The notes below the pieces were generated by a model, which did not search any database, was not told where the DNA came from, and was given only the letters and a program-made list of their open reading frames with translations. DNA of 17,526 nucleotides from Oligoflexales bacterium (GTDB taxonomy: Bacteria > Bdellovibrionota_B > Oligoflexia > Oligoflexales > Bog-1112): assembly GCA_045105515.1 (NCBI GenBank), contig JBGCDR010000406.1, positions 1-17,526 of the forward strand. Reading direction: 5' to 3'. Shown in pieces: positions 17,417 to 17,526 of this stretch (its first letter is position 1; every line of letters starts with the position of its first letter). A program made the position numbers and the translations under genes.

Positions 17417-17526
17417 AATTGAGTCAGTATAACTACTTGGTTAAATTTTCCGACACATCAGTTAATTCAACTATTTCGTACTAATTTATTTTTGTCCTAT
17501 CAAGGCCAACTTGATGCTTTATAAAT

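Noticed and set aside
14459..17514. 11/12-bp direct repeat AGGCCAAC(A/T)TGA (14459-14470 and 17503-17514) flanking the GT cassette as possible att sites
   Set aside because: Short and imperfect, plausible by chance, and there is no integrase, transposase or tRNA in the window.

Overview
Bacterial genomic DNA from a diderm, moderately AT-rich organism. The gene content suggests a Bdellovibrionota/Oligoflexia- or deltaproteobacteria-like lineage, which is an inference only. From left to right: (1) the probable 3' end of an unidentified gene and an AT-rich hypothetical gene whose C-terminal half resembles a STAS/SpoIIAA-like family seen in myxobacteria; (2) a complete phosphate ABC transporter operon pstSCAB on the - strand with no adjacent phoU/phoBR; (3) an HDOD-domain gene (-) with an N-terminal Cys-rich zinc-ribbon-like module and degenerate His/Asp motifs; (4) divergently, a complete 8-gene MoxR/Bat operon (moxR, DUF58, membrane protein, batA-E), with batC carrying a 15/30-bp tandem repeat; (5) an AT-rich two-gene glycosylation cassette (GtrB-like GT2 with an unusual N-terminal extension plus a PIG-V-like GT-C membrane glycosyltransferase). 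No tRNA, rRNA, CRISPR array, transposase or integrase was seen. Most of the window belongs to known families, and I cannot support a wholly new system from the sequence alone. The best leads are the Zn-ribbon/HDOD protein, the paired palindromes in the HDOD-moxR divergent promoter region, the STAS-like fusion protein and the glycosylation cassette.
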